A stretch of DNA of 24,000 nt, taken from assembly GCA_964486625.1 (NCBI GenBank), contig CAZANW010000016.1, forward strand, positions 8,398 to 32,397. The letters are read 5' to 3'. The notes beneath the pieces are model-generated. The model worked only from the letters and a program-made list of their open reading frames with translations. It was not told the DNA's origin and did not search any database. The position numbers were made by a program, and so were the translations under genes. The stretch comes from an uncultured Halobacteria archaeon (GTDB taxonomy: Archaea > Halobacteriota > Syntropharchaeia > JACQPP01). Positions 21,807 through 24,000 of the stretch are shown here, one piece after another (positions within the stretch are counted from its first letter, which is position 1; every line of letters begins with the position of its first letter).

Positions 21807-22735
21807 CACGGCCTTACACCCGCGGCGGCCGCACCGGCGAGGAACCCCGCGATGGCGCCGCTGTTCAGAAACGGCAGCCCCGCGTGGGGCTTGCCGCGGC
21901 CCACGTAGCGGCTGAGGAGGGCGAATCCGGCGAGGGTCCCGAGGACGGCGCCGAGAGCCGGGATGGTGGCGAACCCTCCGAGGGCGGGCAGCGCGGCAAA
22001 GGACGGGTTCACGTTGGGCATGTTCGCTGTGACGGCGAGGATGCCGGGGATGATGGCGTCCCCGAGGCCCATGTAGAACGCCTCCTCGCCGCCGATGATC
22101 TTGGTCTGCCTCCGGAAGGAGAAGCCTCGCCTCCGGGGCAGGACGAAGAGGATGGGCACCTTGAGATCGAGAATGCCCTCGGCCAGGGAGACCATGTGGC
22201 CGGTCCGGTAGACCGCGATGAAATCGTAAACGGCGAGGGCCGCCAGGAGGCCGAGGACGAGGGGGACCACCAGGCTGATGCCGAAGAGCCAGGCCGCGAA
22301 GGCCGCCACCGGGAGCATGACCCCGTCCACGACATACCACTCGGGGTGGTAGGCGAGGAGCAGGGTGAGGACCGCCGCGGCGGCGAGGCCCGGGACCTCC
22401 CCGAGGACCAGGCGCAGGCCGGTCCACAGGATGAGGCCGATGGTCCCGAGGAGGACCGCCCGGAAGGATACCTTCCACTCGAGCCGGATGAGGACGAGGA
22501 AGAGGAGGGTGAAGCCGAGCAGGATGGCGACAATCCATCCGATGTTCGACACGTCGGAGGCGTTCGGGAAGGCCTGGAGGGGCTGGAGGACCTCCGGGGG
22601 CGCCTGGCGGACCGGGAGGGTCATGGCGAGGGCCCCGAAGAGGGTGGCGGCGAGGATGCCGCCCATCGCAATCAAGGGGGTTCGGGTGGGTTCCGGGCGA
22701 CTCTCGGCGGCCGGGGTCACGGGTTCTGCGCTCAC
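21803..22735 (-). CDS. presenilin / signal-peptide-peptidase homologue (A22 intramembrane aspartyl protease, archaeal PSH / DUF1119 type)
   Basis: Polytopic membrane protein with the two catalytic contexts AVYDFIAVY (YD) and [11 protein letters not shown] (GLGD), plus a downstream AGLPFLN (PAL-like) motif. GTG start overlaps the ADH synthase stop. Confidence 0.85.
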   Translation of the reverse strand: MSAEPVTPAAESRPEPTRTPLIAMGGILAATLFGALAMTLPVRQAPPEVLQPLQAFPNASDVSNIGWIVAILLGFTLLFLVLIRLEWKVSFRAVLLGTIGLILWTGLRLVLGEVPGLAAAAVLTLLLAYHPEWYVVDGVMLPVAAFAAWLFGISLVVPLVLGLLAALAVYDFIAVYRTGHMVSLAEGILDLKVPILFVLPRRRGFSFRRQTKIIGGEEAFYMGLGDAIIPGILAVTANMPNVNPSFAALPALGGFATIPALGAVLGTLAGFALLSRYVGRGKPHAGLPFLNSGAIAGFLAGAAAAGVRPW

Positions 22736-23535
22736 TTTTTCTTGATCTCTTTGAGCGCCTCTTTAACCGTCGCGTTCCCGTGGACCACTCGCGCGATGGC
22801 CCGCGTCATCCCGGTCGGGTCGGCGTGCTGGAAGACGTTGCGGCCGATGGAGGCCCCCTTCGCCCCCGCCTCCATGGCGTCCCGCACCATCTCCAGGACC
22901 CCGGTGTCGGAGTCGGCCTTCGGGCCTCCGGCAATCACGATGGGGACCGGGCACCCCTTCACCGCTTCCGCGAAGGTGTCGGGGTCGCCGGTGTAGGGGG
23001 TCTTGATGATGTCGGCGCCCAACTCCGCGCCGAGGCGGGCCACGTGCTTCACGTGGGCGGGGTCGTGCTCGGACTTGATTTTCCTGCCCCGGGGGTACAT
23101 CATCGCCACCAGCGGCATCCCCCACTCCATGCACTCGCGGGAGACCTCCCCGAGTTCGCGGAGCATCCGGGGCTCCTCCGCGGCCCCCACGTTGACGTGG
23201 ACCGAGATGGCGTCGGCCCCCATCTTCACGACCTCCTGGACGGTGGCGACCTGGACCTTGTTCAGGGGGTCGGGGGCGAGGGTCGTGGAGGCGGTGATGT
23301 GGATGATGAGGCCCACGTCCCGGCCGTAGCCCCGGTGGCCCGCCCGCGCGATGCCCTTGTGGACCAGGACCGCGTCGGCGCCCCCGTCCGCCACGGCGTC
23401 CACCATGCGGGGCATGGACTCCAGGCCCCGGATGGGGCCCATGGAGGTCCCGTGGTCCATGGGGACGATGACCGTGTTCCCGTCCTTGCGGTTGATGATG
23501 CGCTCCATGCGGATGCGCTTCCCCAGTTCGGTCAT
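22732..23535 (-). CDS. aroA': 2-amino-3,7-dideoxy-D-threo-hept-6-ulosonate (ADH) synthase, archaeal alternative DHQ pathway
   Basis: Near-colinear with my recollection of M. jannaschii MJ0400: R.ERI.NR...[90 protein letters not shown]. Confidence 0.9.
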   Translation of the reverse strand: MTELGKRIRMERIINRKDGNTVIVPMDHGTSMGPIRGLESMPRMVDAVADGGADAVLVHKGIARAGHRGYGRDVGLIIHITASTTLAPDPLNKVQVATVQEVVKMGADAISVHVNVGAAEEPRMLRELGEVSRECMEWGMPLVAMMYPRGRKIKSEHDPAHVKHVARLGAELGADIIKTPYTGDPDTFAEAVKGCPVPIVIAGGPKADSDTGVLEMVRDAMEAGAKGASIGRNVFQHADPTGMTRAIARVVHGNATVKEALKEIKKK

Positions 23536-23562
23536 GGCAAGTCCGGTTTCCGGAGCGGGCCC

Positions 23563-23570
23563 ATAATATA
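23563..23570 (-). promoter_or_regulatory. TATA box (TATATTAT on the minus strand) for the aroA'-PSH-Nudix operon
   Basis: Lies directly after the MaoC-like stop (23572-23574), centred about 31 nt upstream of the ATG at 23535. Confidence 0.5.
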
Positions 23571-23571
23571 G

Positions 23572-24000
23572 TTATCCCGGGCCTGCTCCTTCATACATCA
23601 GGACCAGTTCCCCCTCCCACGCTTTCCGCTTCAGCGCCACGTTCTCGCACTCCACCCTCCAGCGCACGATGCGCCGCCCGTCCTTCAAGGTCTTGACCTC
23701 CGCGGCCTCCGCCGTCGCCCGGATTCCCTGCCCCGGGTGGACCGGCTGGACGAACTTGGAGTGAATCTCCAGGAGCGCGATGGTCCGCTCGAAGAGCCCG
23801 GTGTTGTAGAGGAGGCCGAAGAGCAGAGAGACCAGCATGAAGCCGGGCGCCACCCGGCCCTGGAGCCCCTTCGCCTTGGCGGCCTCGTCGCTGAGGAAGA
23901 TGGGGTTCACGGCCCATGTCCAGGAGGCGAACTGGTCGATGTCGGTCCCGCTGACGATGCGCTCGCGGGAGATGACCCTGATGCCGGGCTTCAGGTCCAT
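23572..24000 (-). CDS. MaoC-like hot-dog fold protein (the start codon coincides with the window edge, so it may extend further)
   Basis: 142 aa, single hot-dog size. An N-terminal ...FASWTWAVNPIFLSDEAAKAKG segment sits at the usual position of the MaoC hydratase motif, and the C-terminal beta-sheet pattern (RIVRWRVECEN) fits the fold. Confidence 0.7.
   Translation of the reverse strand: MDLKPGIRVISRERIVSGTDIDQFASWTWAVNPIFLSDEAAKAKGLQGRVAPGFMLVSLLFGLLYNTGLFERTIALLEIHSKFVQPVHPGQGIRATAEAAEVKTLKDGRRIVRWRVECENVALKRKAWEGELVLMYEGAGPG

Overview
This is a very GC-rich (by eye about two-thirds G+C), gene-dense chromosomal segment with an archaeal gene set. That set includes ribosomal protein S17e, type-2 methionine aminopeptidase, ADH synthase of the archaeal DKFP aromatic pathway, CofD, an A24 prepilin/preflagellin peptidase and a presenilin-type protease. 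TATA-like boxes sit about 26-31 nt upstream of many start codons, which implies mostly leaderless mRNAs. I can support about 29 CDS, nearly all housekeeping or envelope functions: a two-GT-C glycosylation operon, dapA-dapB, rps17e, map, an M24B peptidase, a MoeB plus DsrE/F/H-like sulfur-relay cluster, asd-cofD, two DhnA/LsrF-family aldolases, a Nudix enzyme and a MaoC-like protein. I saw no rRNA, tRNA, CRISPR array, transposase, integrase or recognisable defence gene. Most long ORFs in the six-frame track are GC-driven antisense artefacts (Arg/Gly/Pro/Glu-rich, overlapping motif-supported genes). The unusual signal is non-coding and falls into three classes. (1) An ORF-free region of about 0.8 kb (18089-18885) is packed with strong helices and internal 20-33 nt direct repeats; I could not assign it to RNase P, SRP or tRNA, so it is a candidate novel structured RNA. 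(2) A GC-rich palindromic element of about 200 bp is present twice. One copy is inserted in frame inside the GT39 glycosyltransferase ORF and the other splits dsrE from dsrF. Its two modules are in opposite relative orientation in the two copies, and one hairpin carries a compensatory base-pair change. (3) Three strongly AT-rich long imperfect palindromes sit exactly in intergenic gaps and look like combined terminator/promoter cassettes. All product calls come from motif recognition by eye, because no database search was possible.
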